Assembly (NCBI GenBank): GCA_050613775.1
Contig: JBODTK010000104.1
Span: forward strand, 434,001 to 498,000
Origin: Neocallimastix sp. 'constans'
Taxonomy: Eukaryota
Length of the DNA: 64,000 bases
Direction: 5' to 3'
This document shows positions 62,516-64,000 of the stretch, in pieces; the stretch's first letter is position 1; the number at the start of each line of letters is the position of its first letter. Under the pieces are notes generated by a model, which saw nothing but the letters and a program-made list of their open reading frames with translations, was not told the DNA's origin and did no database searches. Both the position numbers and the translations under genes were made by a program.

Positions 62516-64000
62516 AAATCTTTTTATTTCTTTTATTATTATATATTTATTTCAATTTATTTATTTAAATCAAAAATTAAGTTCTGTTAAAAAATGATTA
62601 TCTATAATCAATAATTCATAAATAAAATAATAAAAATTATTTAATCGTTTTAAAGTATAATATATATATATATATATATATATAATTATTATTGTTACTA
62701 TTACCAATTAGCCATTTTAAATATTTAATATTTAATACAAATTTCAATTTTTTTTTTTTTTTTTTTGTTATTTATTTTTAAAATATTATTTATAAAACAT
62801 AATCAATAAATTTATCTTTATAAAATTATATATATATGATATGAATATAAATAATTAAATAATTTTTTTTTATTTTAACATTATTATTATTTTTTATTTG
62901 AAAATTATTATTATTTTTTTATTTTAACTTTATTATTTTTTTTTTTTTTTTATATCTTCTTTTCATCTTTTTTAATTCTTATTTTTTTTAATTTTTTTTT
63001 TTTTTTTTAATTTTTAAATTTTTTTAATTTAAAAGATTTAATTAAATGTTACGTTACACAAAAGGAAAACGTTTTTTTATTTATTTAGTTTAAATCTTAT
63101 GAAATTGAAAAAAAATTAAAAAAAAAAAAAAAAAAATTAAAAAAAATTAAATTAAAATAAAAAAATTAAAATAAACTGAAAAGATAAAAAATTTTCGAAA
63201 ATTTTGGTGAATTTTGGTTAAAAATTTTTTTTTATTTGTTTAATTTTTTTTTTAATTTTTTTATATTAGATCTTCAATTCTTTTTTTTTTTTTTATAATT
63301 TAAATGAATAATAAATGAATAAATGAATAATAAATGAATAAATGAATAATAAATAAATATTAATATTTCAAATAATACTTTAATAATATTTATTAATATT
63401 TATTAATGATAAATAATTATTAATAATAATTTAATAATATATATTAATAATAAAATAAATAAATATTAATAATTATTAGTTATCCTATTAAATAAGGTCG
63501 TTTTTAATATTCATAAATTATTTATTAATATTATTTATTAGTATTATACATTTTATATTTATATTGTTTTAAATTTCTTTATATATAATTATATATATTT
63601 CTTTATATTTGTTATATATTTATTTTATTTATTTATTTATTATTTATTTATTCATTTATTTATTAATTTACATTTTTTTTTCTATATAAAATAAAATTTT
63701 TGATTTTTTTTTCTTCTTAATTCTTTAATTTTATTTTTAATTTTATTTTTATTATTTTTTTTTAAAACAATTATAAAAGATAAAATTTCAAATTTCTCTT
63801 TTTATAATTAAAAAATAGAATATATAATAATAAAACAAAATAAATATATATATACATAAATATAAAATCATAAATAAAAAAAATAAATAACAAAAAAAAA
63901 AAAAATATATATATATAACAATTCTTTTTTATATTATTATTCAAAATAATAATAATCATCTGAAAATATTTTATTTATATTTTTAAGCTATTTTAAAAAG

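Overview
Extremely AT-rich, intron-containing eukaryotic DNA. It is most consistent with an anaerobic gut fungus (Neocallimastigomycota); this is inferred from base composition, simple-repeat-filled intergenic DNA and a CotH-CBM18 gene. I hand-spliced seven protein genes: a partial multi-TM (7TM-RGS-like) gene running off the left edge, a 607-aa coiled-coil protein, CNOT11, a ~1007-aa F-box-like/LRR protein with one LRR per exon and a Cys/His C-terminal domain, a secreted CotH kinase with three CBM18 domains, a Cys-rich putative GPI-anchored protein, and a CDK9/Bur1 kinase. A decayed CotH-CBM18 paralog lies upstream of the intact copy. Mobile DNA includes a degenerate Ty1/copia element and a 1.1-kb TRIM-like element. 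Their LTRs are unrelated, yet both carry a primer-binding site complementary to the anticodon arm of tRNA-Lys(CUU), suggesting half-tRNA-Lys priming. There is also a cluster of three truncated LINE insertions within a duplicated ~290-bp target, and one further LINE relic. Most short ORFs in the supplied track are simple-repeat artefacts. No database searches were possible, so family calls rest on motif recognition.
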